The notes under the pieces: model-generated | Seen by the model: the letters and a program-made list of their open reading frames with translations, nothing else | Told to the model about the DNA's origin: nothing | The model's database searches: none | Position numbers and translations under genes: made by a program | Source of the DNA: Candidatus Methanomethylophilaceae archaeon | GTDB taxonomy: Archaea > Thermoplasmatota > Thermoplasmata > Methanomassiliicoccales > Methanomethylophilaceae | Direction of reading: 5' to 3' | DNA length: 64,000 bases | NCBI GenBank assembly: GCA_944320495.1 | Contig: CALUHR010000013.1 | Location: 448,001 to 512,000, forward strand | Part shown: one piece after another, positions 50,371 through 60,752 of the stretch | Position numbering within the stretch: position 1 is the stretch's first letter | Layout of the letters: every line of letters begins with the position of its first letter

Positions 50371-51483
50371 TCGGCGGCCGAGCATCATCTTCCTTCTGAA
50401 CTCGGCGCTCCTCTTCGCGACCTCGTCCACGTTGTGCCTGTCCACCACCTGAACCTCCGGCAGCCTGCGCGGGTTGGCCGCGAGCATCCTGTCCAGGAGG
50501 TTCCTGTCGGAGAACTCGCACTTCTTCAGGTACGGCCTCTCCCAGTTCGACGCCAGGTCCATCATGGCCTCGATCCCGCGGTCGTAGAACAGCGAGGCGA
50601 ACACGGCGCCGACGGTGGACTCCTTGGACATGATGGCGATGTTGCACCCGCGCACGGCGAAGTCGGTCCCGTTGAACGAGACCGCCGCCCCGCCCGCGTC
50701 TCTCACGAGGTCCAGGCACTGGTAGTCCGTGTCGTCCCCTCCGATGTACATGGTGCAGTCCAGGTCGATGTTGGTCTGCTTCCTGATGTCCAGGAGCTGG
50801 TACGCCTTGCGGTGGGACGTCACAGGCACCGAGGACTCCATGAGGCTCATGGCCGGGAGCTCGGGTATCTGGTTCTGGAGGATGTCGTCCAGGGTCCTGA
50901 TGATCTTGACGTCCCACTCGTCGATCTCCATGGGGACGTTGAGCTCGTACTCCACCTTCGGGATGCGCAGGGACGTCACCGTCTCGCACATCTCGCGCAT
51001 CCTGCGGGCGTCCGCGCGACCGAACTGCATGTGGTCGAGGTCGGTCTGGGAGCAGAACACCTCGCACAGCGGCACGTCGATCCTGTCGGCGACGGTCATC
51101 CATCCGTGATTGTAGATTGAGGTGGACACGAAGGTGGGGAGCATCCGGGATATGAAGCGGAGCGCGTCCTCGGAGCCGGGCATGAACCTGAGCGTCTCCT
51201 CGTACGCCTTCTTCAGGAGATGGTCGGTGGCGCCGTTGGCCTTCAGGAAAGGGATGACCCATTTGGCGGTGTTGCCGGCCGTGGCCTCCTCCCTGCCCAG
51301 CACATAGGCGGTGAGATGGTCGTACCTCCTCACCACGTCGTAGAAGTGGGCGCCGTTGCGGATGAAGCGGGCGCAGACGTCGCGGAGGGGGTCGTTCTGA
51401 AGGACGAAGCCGCAGAGGTTCGTCACGAGGATCCTGTCGGGGAAGAGCCCGAGCTCCTCCGCGGGGTCGTACTCTCCCGGCAT
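50371..51483 (-). CDS. HAD-like protein resembling EhaR-family proteins
   Basis: AGNTAKWVIPFL and MYIGGDDTD...AVSFNGTDFAVR motifs. ATG overlaps the purN CGA; ends at CGA 50373-50371 (standard stop at 50356). Confidence 0.6.
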
Positions 51484-52310
51484 CGCTGGTCCTCCAGCGC
51501 CCTGTCGACCATCTCGGAGAGGTCCACGGGTCCGCGGACGGTTCCGTCCGAGGTCACAGGCCTCTTGTCCTCTATCCTGACCCTGCCGTCGGCGAAGGCC
51601 CTGATGGTCTCGGTTATGAGGGGGAGCTCGCGCTTGGCACCATCCTCCCTGATCCTCTTGAACAGGGGCTCCTCCAGCCCCTCGGATGCCTTGATCTGGT
51701 CGAGGGTGGACGATTCCAGCTTCCTCGCCATCTGCTCCCACAGGGCGTCGTAGTTGCCTCCGCGGATGGGGAACCCGCAGTATGTGATGGCCGCCCCGCG
51801 GTCCCACTCCTTGGTGCACACGTGCATCATGGCGCCCTGTCTCTCCGCGTTCTCGGAGATGAGCTGCCAGATGACCTCCTGCCAGGTGCCTTTTGGTCCG
51901 TCCGGCAGAGCGGGGTGGAGGTTGAGCATGTCGAACTCGTCGCAGGTCTCGTCGTCCATCCAGAGCATGTATCCGGCGAGGATCCCCAGGTCGAACTCGT
52001 ACGGGGAGACGGCCTCGCGGAGCACCTTGCCGTACTCCACGCGCCATGCGGCCTCGTCGGCCTCCCTCAGCTCGGGCATGAACTCCTTCCAGGATGCGGT
52101 TACGAGCGGGATGCCGTAGCCCTCGACCATGTCGAAGAACATCTGCCGCTGTTCGCGCTTGGGGTTGTCGGTCTCCTCGTTGGACCAGTTGCAGAAGACG
52201 AATGCAATCTCGACGTCCAGGTCGCCCGCGAGCTTTCTGTCCATGACAGCCTTCAGGAGGTTGCGGGACCCCGGGCCCCTTCCGGTGGAGAACCAGCCGA
52301 GTCTGAGCAT
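51483..52310 (-). CDS. purN: phosphoribosylglycinamide formyltransferase (archaeal PurN-like)
   Basis: LGWFSTGRG, LAGYML, LNLHPALP and WDRG motifs. Ends at CGA 51485-51483 overlapping the next ATG (standard stop at 51423). Confidence 0.8.
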
Positions 52311-52505
52311 GGGTCGCGCCTATGCGCGCGCTCGTTAATTAAGGGTTCTTCGAGAACCGGGGGGCTGACGGACGGATGCGTTTTGGACGCATAATCGCAT
52401 GTCGATTTTACCGAGATGCTGTTTTCGATAATAGTCGGGGATAGAATGAAACTATCATTTTGACAATGTTGTGATCAACCCACATGGGCTTGTACGGAAT
52501 CCCCT

Positions 52506-52913
52506 TCAGACGTCGAACAGGACCGTGACCGACGGAGCGTCCCTGTCGATCTGCATCATGTGGTATGTCACGGCCTTGACCTCCGATCTCACACGGTGCT
52601 TCGAGCGGTCCAGCCTCTCGCCCCTCGCTGTGCAGACCACGTCGTTCCCCTCGAAGCGGACGTCGAACTCCCTCAGGATGAGGTTGTCGGCGTCCTCGAT
52701 GAACAGCATCTCGGAGAGGAACGAGAACAGCCTGTCCTCGTCGTCGATGCCGGTGACGCGGATGTCGACGGACTCGGACGTCCCGACGTTGGAGAGGTCC
52801 ACGGTCTGGTCGAACAGCGCATAGGCGGCGTTGCCGAAGCATTCCTCAAGAGTGGAGCCGAAGGCGCGGACCATCATGTCGGCTGTGTGGTCGATGAGGA
52901 CGTATCTCTCCAT
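52506..52913 (-). CDS. archease
   Basis: IDHTADM, AFGSTLEE and EVKAVTYH motifs. Confidence 0.93.
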   Translation of the reverse strand: MERYVLIDHTADMMVRAFGSTLEECFGNAAYALFDQTVDLSNVGTSESVDIRVTGIDDEDRLFSFLSEMLFIEDADNLILREFDVRFEGNDVVCTARGERLDRSKHRVRSEVKAVTYHMMQIDRDAPSVTVLFDV

Positions 52914-52983
52914 GTGGCGGGCATCGGGCACGGTCGATAACTACGTTCCGTTGGGATTCGATAGAAATTAACGGGAGCTCATC

Positions 52984-53211
52984 ATGCGGATGGTCATGGA
53001 ATCCCCCTGCGTCGCGGTCACCGTCAACGGGAAGGTCATCGAGGTCCCTGAGGGGACGACGCTGGCGGATCTGCTGGGTTCCGAGGGGTACGACCGGTCC
53101 CGCATCGCGGTGGAGGTCGACGGGGACATCTGTCCCCGCGCGGATCTCGGCTCCCGTGTCATCAGAGGCGGTGAGACGGTCGAGGTCGTCTCCTTCGTCG
53201 GAGGCGGATGA
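52984..53211 (+). CDS. thiS: sulfur carrier protein ThiS
   Basis: Ubiquitin-like, ending [10 protein letters not shown]. Confidence 0.92.
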   Translation: MRMVMESPCVAVTVNGKVIEVPEGTTLADLLGSEGYDRSRIAVEVDGDICPRADLGSRVIRGGETVEVVSFVGGG

Positions 53212-53771
53212 TGGGCCGCGGCGTGCGCATAGGGATCGCCGGGCTGGGTGGCATGGGCTCCAACGTGGCCGTTATGCTGGTCCGCTCCGGGTTCCGCGAC
53301 CTCGTGGTGGCGGACTTCGACACGGTGGACGAATCGAACATAGCCAGACAGGCGTATCTGCCGTGCCATCTGGGCATGTCCAAGACGGACGCTCTGGCAT
53401 CCGTCCTGCACGACATCGATCCCGGGGCATCGGTGGAGGTCCACGATACGAGGCTCGACGCCTCCAACGCCGCCGGGATATTCTCCGCATGCGACGTGGT
53501 GTGCGAGGCCCTGGACGACCCGGAGTCGAAGGCGATGCTCGTCGAGACCCTGCTGGAGGCCGGGTTCACGGTGGTCGCATGCTCCGGGATGGCCGGCGAC
53601 GGGGATGCCAACTCCATAGTCACGCGCAGGGCGATGGGGCGTCTCTGGGTCTGCGGCGACGGGGTGTCCGACGTTGCGTCCGAGGGGAGGCTGAACGCCG
53701 CCCGCGTGTCCGTGTGCGCGGGTCACATGGCGCTTGCGGCCATGCATCTGGCACAGGGGGAGGAACCCCGA
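53208..53771 (+). CDS. thiF: ThiS adenylyltransferase ThiF
   Basis: [23 protein letters not shown] and EALD motifs. Ends at CGA 53769-53771, freeing the AGGTGA RBS of thiG (standard stop at 53792). Confidence 0.9.
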
Positions 53772-53793
53772 TTTTGCATTCAAGGTGATTGAT

Positions 53794-54567
53794 ATGAGTG
53801 ATGAGCTGGTTCTGGGAGGTCGCAGGTTCAACTCGAGGTTCATCCTCGGGTCCGGGAAGTTCTCGCTGGAGATGACCCGCAGGGTCATCGAGGAGGGGGG
53901 CGTGGAGATGGCGACCCTCGCCGTGAGGAGGGCCAACGCCGCCGGGGAGGGGAACGTCCTGGACAGCATGCCCGAGGGCATAACGCTGCTCCCGAACACC
54001 TCCGGTGCCCGCACCGCCGAGGAGGCCGTGAGGATAGCCAGGCTCGCCCGCGAGCTCGGGTGCGGGGACTTCGTCAAGGTGGAGATCATCCGCGACACCA
54101 AGTACCTCCTGCCGGACAACCGCGAGACGGTCAGGGCCGTCGGGATGCTCGCCGACGAGGGATTCATCCCGATGCCGTACATGATGCCGGACCTGACCGC
54201 CGCAAGGGACATGGCGGACGCCGGCGCCGCGGCCGTCATGCCGCTCGGCGCCCCGATAGGGTCCAACAGGGGGCTCCTGACGAGGGACTTCGTCCGCATG
54301 ATGGTGGAGGAGCTCGACGTCCCCGTCATCGTGGACGCGGGCATCGGGAAGCCGTCCCAGGCCTGCGAGGCGATGGAGCTGGGATGCGCTGCCGTAATGG
54401 CGAACACGGCCATCGCCACCGCCCGTGACGTCCCGATGATGGCCCGCGCCTTCCGCACAGCCATAGAGGCGGGCCGCATGGCCTATCTGGCGGGGACCGG
54501 CAGGGTCCTCGAGGGGCGCGCGGAGGCCTCCAGCCCGCTGACCGGGTTCCTGGGGGGATCCGATTGA
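53794..54567 (+). CDS. thiG: thiazole synthase
   Basis: [41 protein letters not shown] and SSPLTGFL motifs. Confidence 0.96.
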   Translation: MSDELVLGGRRFNSRFILGSGKFSLEMTRRVIEEGGVEMATLAVRRANAAGEGNVLDSMPEGITLLPNTSGARTAEEAVRIARLARELGCGDFVKVEIIRDTKYLLPDNRETVRAVGMLADEGFIPMPYMMPDLTAARDMADAGAAAVMPLGAPIGSNRGLLTRDFVRMMVEELDVPVIVDAGIGKPSQACEAMELGCAAVMANTAIATARDVPMMARAFRTAIEAGRMAYLAGTGRVLEGRAEASSPLTGFLGGSD

Positions 54568-54584
54568 GGGACCCCCTCCCATGG

Positions 54585-55700
54585 ATGGAGGACATAGGAA
54601 CAGACATCATGGACCGCGTCCTCGCCGCCCGCGAGGCTTACGATCCCTCATCGTACACCGAGTCGGACGTCCGCAGGGCGATGTGCGCCGAGCCGTCCGT
54701 CGAGGGATTCGCAGCGCTCCTGTCGCCGGCCGCGGAGCCTCTCCTCGAGGAGATCGCCGCACGTGCGAGGGAGGTCACCCGCGCGCACTTCGGGAACTCC
54801 GTCTGCATGTTCACCCCGCTGTACGTCTCCAACTACTGCATCAACGGATGCGTCTACTGCGGGTTCCACAAGGGGAACAGGATCGAGCGTCTCAAGCTCG
54901 GTCTGGACGACGTCGCCCGCGAGCTCGACGCCATCGCCGCCACCGGTCTGGAGGACATCCTCCTGCTCACAGGGGAGACCCACTCCGAGGAGGATGTGAG
55001 GTACGTCTGCGACTGTGTCTCCCTCGCCGCCGAGTGCTTCGCCGAGGTGGGCATCGAGGTCTTCCCGATGAACTCGGGAGACTACGCGAGGGTCCAGGCG
55101 GCAGGCGCCGACTACGTCACGGTGTTCCAGGAGACATATGACACCGGGAGGTACGACGAGCTCCATCCGTTCGGTCCCAAGTCCGTGTTCTCGTACAGGT
55201 TCAACGCCCAGGAGAGGGCGCTCATGGGAGGCATGCGCGGGGTGGCCTTCGGCGCCCTGCTGGGTCTGGCCGATTTCAGGAGGGACGCGTTCGCCTGCGG
55301 GCTCCACGCGATGGAGATACAGCGCAGATATCCCGCCGCGGAGATCTCCATGTCGCTCCCGAGGCTGAGGCCGGCCGCTCACATGGACCAGTCCTCCGGC
55401 GTGAGCGAGGCCCAGCTCCTCCAGGTCTCCATGGCGTACCGCCTGTTCCTGCCATATGCGGGGCAGACCATCTCCACCAGGGAGCGCCCCGGGTTCAGGG
55501 ACGGGATCGTCGGGATATCGGCCACCAAGATCTCGGCCGGGGTCAGCGTCGGCATCGGGGAGCACAGCGGGACGGGCCACGGCGAGGGCCAGTTCGTGAT
55601 ATCGGACCCGAGGGGCGTGGACGACGTGGTCTCGGCGCTGAGGTCCAACGGCCTCCAGCCCGTCATGGCCGACTATGTCCGCACGGGGCCCAGGGAATGA
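54585..55700 (+). CDS. thiH: 2-iminoacetate synthase (radical SAM)
   Basis: PLYVSNYCINGCVYCGF, FQETY, ISTRE and SAGVSVGIG motifs. Confidence 0.93.
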   Translation: MEDIGTDIMDRVLAAREAYDPSSYTESDVRRAMCAEPSVEGFAALLSPAAEPLLEEIAARAREVTRAHFGNSVCMFTPLYVSNYCINGCVYCGFHKGNRIERLKLGLDDVARELDAIAATGLEDILLLTGETHSEEDVRYVCDCVSLAAECFAEVGIEVFPMNSGDYARVQAAGADYVTVFQETYDTGRYDELHPFGPKSVFSYRFNAQERALMGGMRGVAFGALLGLADFRRDAFACGLHAMEIQRRYPAAEISMSLPRLRPAAHMDQSSGVSEAQLLQVSMAYRLFLPYAGQTISTRERPGFRDGIVGISATKISAGVSVGIGEHSGTGHGEGQFVISDPRGVDDVVSALRSNGLQPVMADYVRTGPRE

Positions 55701-56278
55701 TCGCCGTCACGTCCCGCTCGCTGTGCGGGGAGCCGTTCCTGACGAGGGTCGCCAGGCTGGCCGAGGCCCGTCCGGAGATGATCATCCTGAGGGAGAAGGA
55801 CCTCACGGAGGGCGAGTACCTGGCACTGGCGGCTGGATGCAAGCGCATCTGCGACCCTCTAGGCGTGCCTCTGGTCGTCAACCACTTCGTGTGGGTGGCC
55901 GGCATGCTGGGGATCAGAAGGATCCACCTGCCGATGCCGGACCTCCGCGAGGAGGACGTGTCGGGGTTCGACCTCGTGGGCGCGTCCGTGCACTCCGTGG
56001 AGGAGGCCAGGGAGGCCGTGTCGCTCGGGGCGGATTATCTCATAGCGGGGCACGTTTTCGGAACCGCCTGCAAGCCTACCGAGCCGAGGGGGCTCGGATT
56101 TCTTCGCGACGTCTGCTCGGCCGTGGACGTCCCCGTGTACGCCATCGGGGGCGTGGGCCCCGACAACTACCGGAGCGTCCTCGAGGCCGGTGCGCACGGC
56201 GCCGCGGTGATGTCGTCGGCCATGACCTGCGACGATCCCGAGGCTCTCGTTGACGCGATGCCCTCTCGCAAAGGTCGA
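55697..56278 (+). CDS. thiE: thiamine-phosphate synthase/TenI family protein
   Basis: ILREKDL, GASVHS, GHVFGTACK and YAIGG motifs. Ends at CGA 56276-56278 (standard stop at 56296). Confidence 0.8.
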
Positions 56279-56302
56279 TATCCCCCGAGCCGTTGACCCC
56301 GC

Positions 56303-56938
56303 ATGGACGAGGCGACCTTCGACCGCGCCAAGGCATTCATCCGCGACCTCTTCGAGGGCGACAGCGGCGGTCACGACTACTGGCATTCGATTCGCGTCCA
56401 CGACCTCGCCGTCTCCATCTGCGGCAGGGAGGGAGGCGACATGGACGTCGTCCGTCTGGCGGCGCTCCTGCACGATGCGGACGACCGCAAGCTCTTCGGA
56501 CAGGGGAGCCGCAACGCCAGGGGATTCATGGACTCCGAGGGCATACCCTCAGACGTCCAGGACGAGGTCGTGGAGATCATATCGAAGATATCGTTCAAGG
56601 GAGCCGACACCGAGGTGCCCGCATCGCTGGAGGGGAGGATAGTCCAGGACGCCGACAGGCTGGACGCCATAGGTGCCGTCGGCATAGCCAGGGCCTTCGC
56701 CTACGGCGGGAGCAGGGGCCGTCCGATGCACGATCCGGAGGTCCCGCCGTGCGAGGGCATGGGCGAGGCCGCCTACTTCGCCAATCGCGGGACGACGGTC
56801 AACCACTTCCACGAGAAGCTGCTCCTGCTGAAGGACATGATGAACACCCCGACCGCCCGCGCCATGGCGGAGTCCCGCCACCGCTACATGGAGGGCTTCC
56901 TGGAGGAGTTCCTGGACGAGTGGGAGGGCCGCAGGCGA
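56303..56938 (+). CDS. HD-domain protein
   Basis: GHDYWH, LLHDADD, VQDADRLDAIGAVGIAR and HFHEKLL motifs. Ends at CGA 56936-56938 (standard stop at 57235). Confidence 0.9.
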
Positions 56939-57598
56939 TCGCAGGAGCTCGAACCGGTTCTTGGAGAACTTCAGGACGCCGTCGGCCTGCATCCTTCCGA
57001 GCTCGGCCGACAGGGCGCTCCTGTCCACGCCCAGGTGGTCGGCCATCTGCTGCCTGTTCAGCGGTATGGAGAACTCGTTGCTCCCCGCGATCCTGGCCTG
57101 GTCGGACAGATAGGCGCACACCTTCTCGCGGATGCTCCGCTTCGACATCTGCCCCAGCCTCCTGTCGCGCTCCACGGTGCTGCGGGCGAGGGCCTGGACC
57201 AGATTTCTGACGACTCTCGAATGGAACTGGCATGATGACGGGCAGGTCGTCGTCACCCTGGAGATCTCGAAGAACATGATCTCGGACCGATCGCTGGTGA
57301 CGAAGCTCGTGTCCGCCCGCTCGCCCATCGAGCACGCGTACTCTGCGAAGATCACATCGCCCGGTCCGTGAGAGGAGACCAGGGTCCTGTTCCCCCACCA
57401 ATCCTGTTTTATGACGTCGACGCGGCCGTCGAGGACGACACCCAGGCAGTCGACGGGGTCCCCGCTGCGAAGCACGAACTCCCCCTTGGGATACTTCTCC
57501 CTGCGGGCGTTCAGGCATTCGCACATCGCTGTAATCTCATCATCAGACGTCCCCAGGAAGATCCCGGTGTTCCTGAGGATGGGGATTGGGCTTCTCAT
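56939..57598 (-). CDS. Crp/Fnr family transcriptional regulator (HcpR-like)
   Basis: cNMP-binding beta-roll and HTH (IPLNRQQMADHLGVDRSALSAELGRM). Ends at CGA 56941-56939 (standard stop at 56549). Confidence 0.9.
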
Positions 57599-57602
57599 AG
57601 AA

Positions 57603-57619
57603 TCGTTGTGATAACAACG
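57603..57619. promoter_or_regulatory. inverted repeat in the crp-hcp intergenic region, candidate operator
   Basis: CGTTGT-GATA-ACAACG dyad between the divergent regulator and hcp. Confidence 0.4.
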
Positions 57620-57675
57620 TTTCCGATTTATATCCTACGTAACCTCGATCGACCGAAGAACAGAGGTGACTCGAA

Positions 57676-59205
57676 ATGTCGGAAGAGATGTTCTGCTATC
57701 AGTGCGAGCAGACCGCCGGAGGCCGCGCATGCGTGGGCAGGTCAGGGGTCTGCGGCAAGACCTCCGAGGTGGCCATGCTCCAGGACGAGCTCACGGGCGC
57801 CCTCGTGGGCCTCGCCGATACCGTGGAAACCCCCACGCCCGGAATCGACTCCCTCGTCAGGAGGGCGCTCTTCGCCACCCTGACCAACGTGGACTTTGAT
57901 GCCGACAGCATCAGGGCTCTGACGGACGGGGTCAGGAAGGCGTCCGGAGGGGAGGGCGAGATACAGATGTCGTCGGTCTGGTGCGCCCAGGAGGACGTTC
58001 GCTCGCTGAAGTCCCTGATCCTGTTCGGGGTCCGTGGCATGGCGGCCTACGCGTACCACGCCGAGGTCCTGGGCGAGACCGACCCCGAGGTCGATTCGAT
58101 GATGTACGAGGCCCTCCGCGCCGTGGGGTCGGACATGGGCGCCGACGGTCTCCTTGACGTCGCCCTGAGGCTGGGGAAGGCGAATCTCGCCTGCATGGCG
58201 ATGCTGGACTGTGCGAACACCGCCAGATTCGGCATGCCCTCCCCTGCCACCGTATCCCGCGACGTGGCCGCCGGACCTGCGATCATCGTCACCGGGCACG
58301 ACCTGGAGGACCTCCGTTTGATCCTCGAGCAGACCGAGGGCAAGGGGATCAACGTCTACACCCACGGGGAGATGCTCCCGGCCTTCGGATATCCCGAGCT
58401 CAGGAAGTACACACATCTGAAGGGCAACTTCGGAACAGCCTGGCAGAACCAGAGGGACGAGTTCGACGGGGTCCCCGCGGCTATCGTGTACACGACAAAC
58501 TGCCTCATGCCGCCCAAGGATTCGTACAGGGACAGGGTGTTCACCACCGGACCCGTGGCCTTCCCAGGAACGGTCCACATCGGGGACGGTAAGGACTTCG
58601 CGCCCGTCATCGAGAAGGCCCTGGAGTTGGGAGGCTTCGCCGAGCCCACGAGCACCGGAGCGACGCTCACTACCGGGTTCGGACACGGGTTCGTGCTCTC
58701 CGTCGCCGACAAGGTCGTCGAGGCCGTCAAGTCGGGCCAGATCAACCACTTCTTCCTCGTGGGCGGATGCGACGGCGCCAAGCCCGGACGCGGATACTTC
58801 AGGGAGTTCGTCGAGAAGACCCCGGAGGATTCGGTCGTCCTCACGCTGGCCTGTGGGAAGTACAGGTTCAACGACCTGGACCTGGGGACGGTCGCCGGAC
58901 TCCCCCGTCTCATGGACATGGGCCAGTGCAACGATGCCTACGGAGCGGTGCAGGTGGCCGTGGCGCTGGCCGACGCGTTCGGATGCGGGGTCAACGACCT
59001 GCCCCTGTCGATGGTCATCTCGTGGTACGAGCAGAAGGCGGTGTGCATCCTCCTGACGCTGCTCCATCTGGGGATCAGGGGCATATACCTCGGACCATCG
59101 CTCCCGGCGTTCGTGTCCCCTGCCGTGCTCGACATCCTGGTACGGGAGTTCGACGTCCACGCCATCTCGGACGTCGATTCCGACATGGCCGCGATGCTCC
59201 GCTGA
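57676..59205 (+). CDS. hcp: hydroxylamine reductase (hybrid cluster protein)
   Basis: MFCYQCEQT...C...GVCGK, TGHDLEDL, YTHGEMLP, GGCDG, MGQCND and SWYEQKAV motifs. Confidence 0.96.
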   Translation: MSEEMFCYQCEQTAGGRACVGRSGVCGKTSEVAMLQDELTGALVGLADTVETPTPGIDSLVRRALFATLTNVDFDADSIRALTDGVRKASGGEGEIQMSSVWCAQEDVRSLKSLILFGVRGMAAYAYHAEVLGETDPEVDSMMYEALRAVGSDMGADGLLDVALRLGKANLACMAMLDCANTARFGMPSPATVSRDVAAGPAIIVTGHDLEDLRLILEQTEGKGINVYTHGEMLPAFGYPELRKYTHLKGNFGTAWQNQRDEFDGVPAAIVYTTNCLMPPKDSYRDRVFTTGPVAFPGTVHIGDGKDFAPVIEKALELGGFAEPTSTGATLTTGFGHGFVLSVADKVVEAVKSGQINHFFLVGGCDGAKPGRGYFREFVEKTPEDSVVLTLACGKYRFNDLDLGTVAGLPRLMDMGQCNDAYGAVQVAVALADAFGCGVNDLPLSMVISWYEQKAVCILLTLLHLGIRGIYLGPSLPAFVSPAVLDILVREFDVHAISDVDSDMAAMLR

Positions 59206-59344
59206 GCATCCACCCGACGGGTTCTACGGAATCCGTCGGGAAACATTCGGATACCGCAATTATTCCGCGAAATCCGAACGATTACCAGCGGGATTCCTGC
59301 AAAGTCTGCAAACCTTATTATCCGAAGCCGTCGGTCGGCCATCC

Positions 59345-60151
59345 ATGCGCATAACGATAGTGGGCTGCGGGTCCATCGGTTCCAAGCTGGCCAGCGCCGC
59401 CGATGAGATGCCCGAGGTCAAGAGGATCTACCTCGTCGACATGGAGAGGCATCTCGCCGAGGATCTCGCCGCCAGGCTCAAGAAGGCAATCGTTGTCGAC
59501 AGCGTGGAGGAGGAGCTCTACCACTGCGACCTCGTCATCGAGGCCGCCTCCCAGGCAGCCGCCAGGGACATCGCCCCCCGCGTCGTGTCCCGCGGTGTCG
59601 ACATGATGATAATGTCCGTCGGAGCCCTCGTGGACGACGACTTCCGTATGATGGTCAAGGACAAGGCCAAGAACTCCGAGGCCAAGATCTTCATCCCCTC
59701 CGGTGCGATCTGTGGCACCGACGGCCTGAGGGCGTCCGCCGTGGGTAGGCTCGACGAGGTCGAGCTCATCACCACCAAGGGCCCCAAGAGCCTGGAGGGG
59801 GTCCCGTACATCATCGACCACGGGATCGACGTGGACAAGGTGAAGGAGCCCACGGTCATCTTCTCCGGAACGGCCAGGGACGCGGTCAGGTTCTTCCCCA
59901 GGAACATCAACGTGGCCGCCACCGTCTCGCTCCTCGGAGTCGGGTTCGACAGGACCAAGGTCAAGATCGTCCTCGACCCGGGCAGCCACAGCAACTCCCA
60001 CGAGCTCAGGATCAAGGGCGAGTTCGGGGAGATGACCTGTCACACCTACAACGTGCCGTCCCCGGACAACCCGAAGACGTCCTATCTCGCATCCCTCTCC
60101 GCCATCGCCGCCCTCCACAGGATCGTCGGCAACGAGTGGATCGGGATCTGA
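59345..60151 (+). CDS. nadX: L-aspartate dehydrogenase
   Basis: VGCGSIG, EAASQ, PSGAICGTD, PRNINVAA and NPKTSYLA motifs. Confidence 0.92.
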   Translation: MRITIVGCGSIGSKLASAADEMPEVKRIYLVDMERHLAEDLAARLKKAIVVDSVEEELYHCDLVIEAASQAAARDIAPRVVSRGVDMMIMSVGALVDDDFRMMVKDKAKNSEAKIFIPSGAICGTDGLRASAVGRLDEVELITTKGPKSLEGVPYIIDHGIDVDKVKEPTVIFSGTARDAVRFFPRNINVAATVSLLGVGFDRTKVKIVLDPGSHSNSHELRIKGEFGEMTCHTYNVPSPDNPKTSYLASLSAIAALHRIVGNEWIGI

Positions 60152-60239
60152 TAATCAAACCCTGGCGGGCGCATGCCCGCCGACCTCCGGGATTCCGGAG
60201 GACATTCCATTATCATTACTGTACGCGTTCCGTCTCCGC

Positions 60240-60752
60240 ATGGAAGAGCGTCGGCATCTCGGCATGGAGGACATCCTCGGCCTGCTAAGGTCCAGAGGCA
60301 TAGCATTCGAGGAGGCGCATCACCCTCCGGTGTTCACCATCGAGGAGATGCTGGAGCAGGATCTCCCGCATCCCGAGCTAATCGCCAAGAACCTGTTCCT
60401 GAGGGACGACAAGAAGCGCAGGTACTATCTCGTGGTCGCCAGGGAGGATCAGAGGGTGGACCTGAAGGCCCTCCGCACGGTCATCGGTTCCAGGCCCCTC
60501 AGCATGGCCTCCGAGGAGGACCTGATGTCGCACCTCGGGCTAACGCGCGGGTCCGTCACGCCGTTCGGCATACTCAACGACCCGGACCGTTCGGTGGACG
60601 TGGTGGTCGACTCCAGCTTCCGCGGGTCCCGCATGGGCGTCCATCCCAACGACAACATGTGCACCGTCTGGGTCGGCACGGAGGACCTGGAGTCGCTCAT
60701 CTCGGACGGATGCGCGTCCTTCGCCTACGCGGACCTGCCCACATCCGACCGA
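60240..60752 (+). CDS. YbaK/ProX prolyl-tRNA editing family protein
   Basis: HPPVFT, AKNLFLRD, GSVTPFG and HPNDN motifs. Ends at CGA 60750-60752 (standard stop at 60788). Confidence 0.88.

Noticed and set aside
52914-52983. TPP riboswitch upstream of thiS
   Set aside because: The spacer is only about 70 nt and lacks the conserved CTGAGA and CCTGA...GATAA-type segments.
1038-60752. Random sequencing errors or frameshifts as the cause of the run-on ORFs
   Set aside because: Each run-on is fixed by the same in-frame codon at the expected end, on both strands, with no frameshift needed. Random error would not target stop positions. A systematic artefact or deliberate alteration of the sequence cannot be excluded without raw reads.
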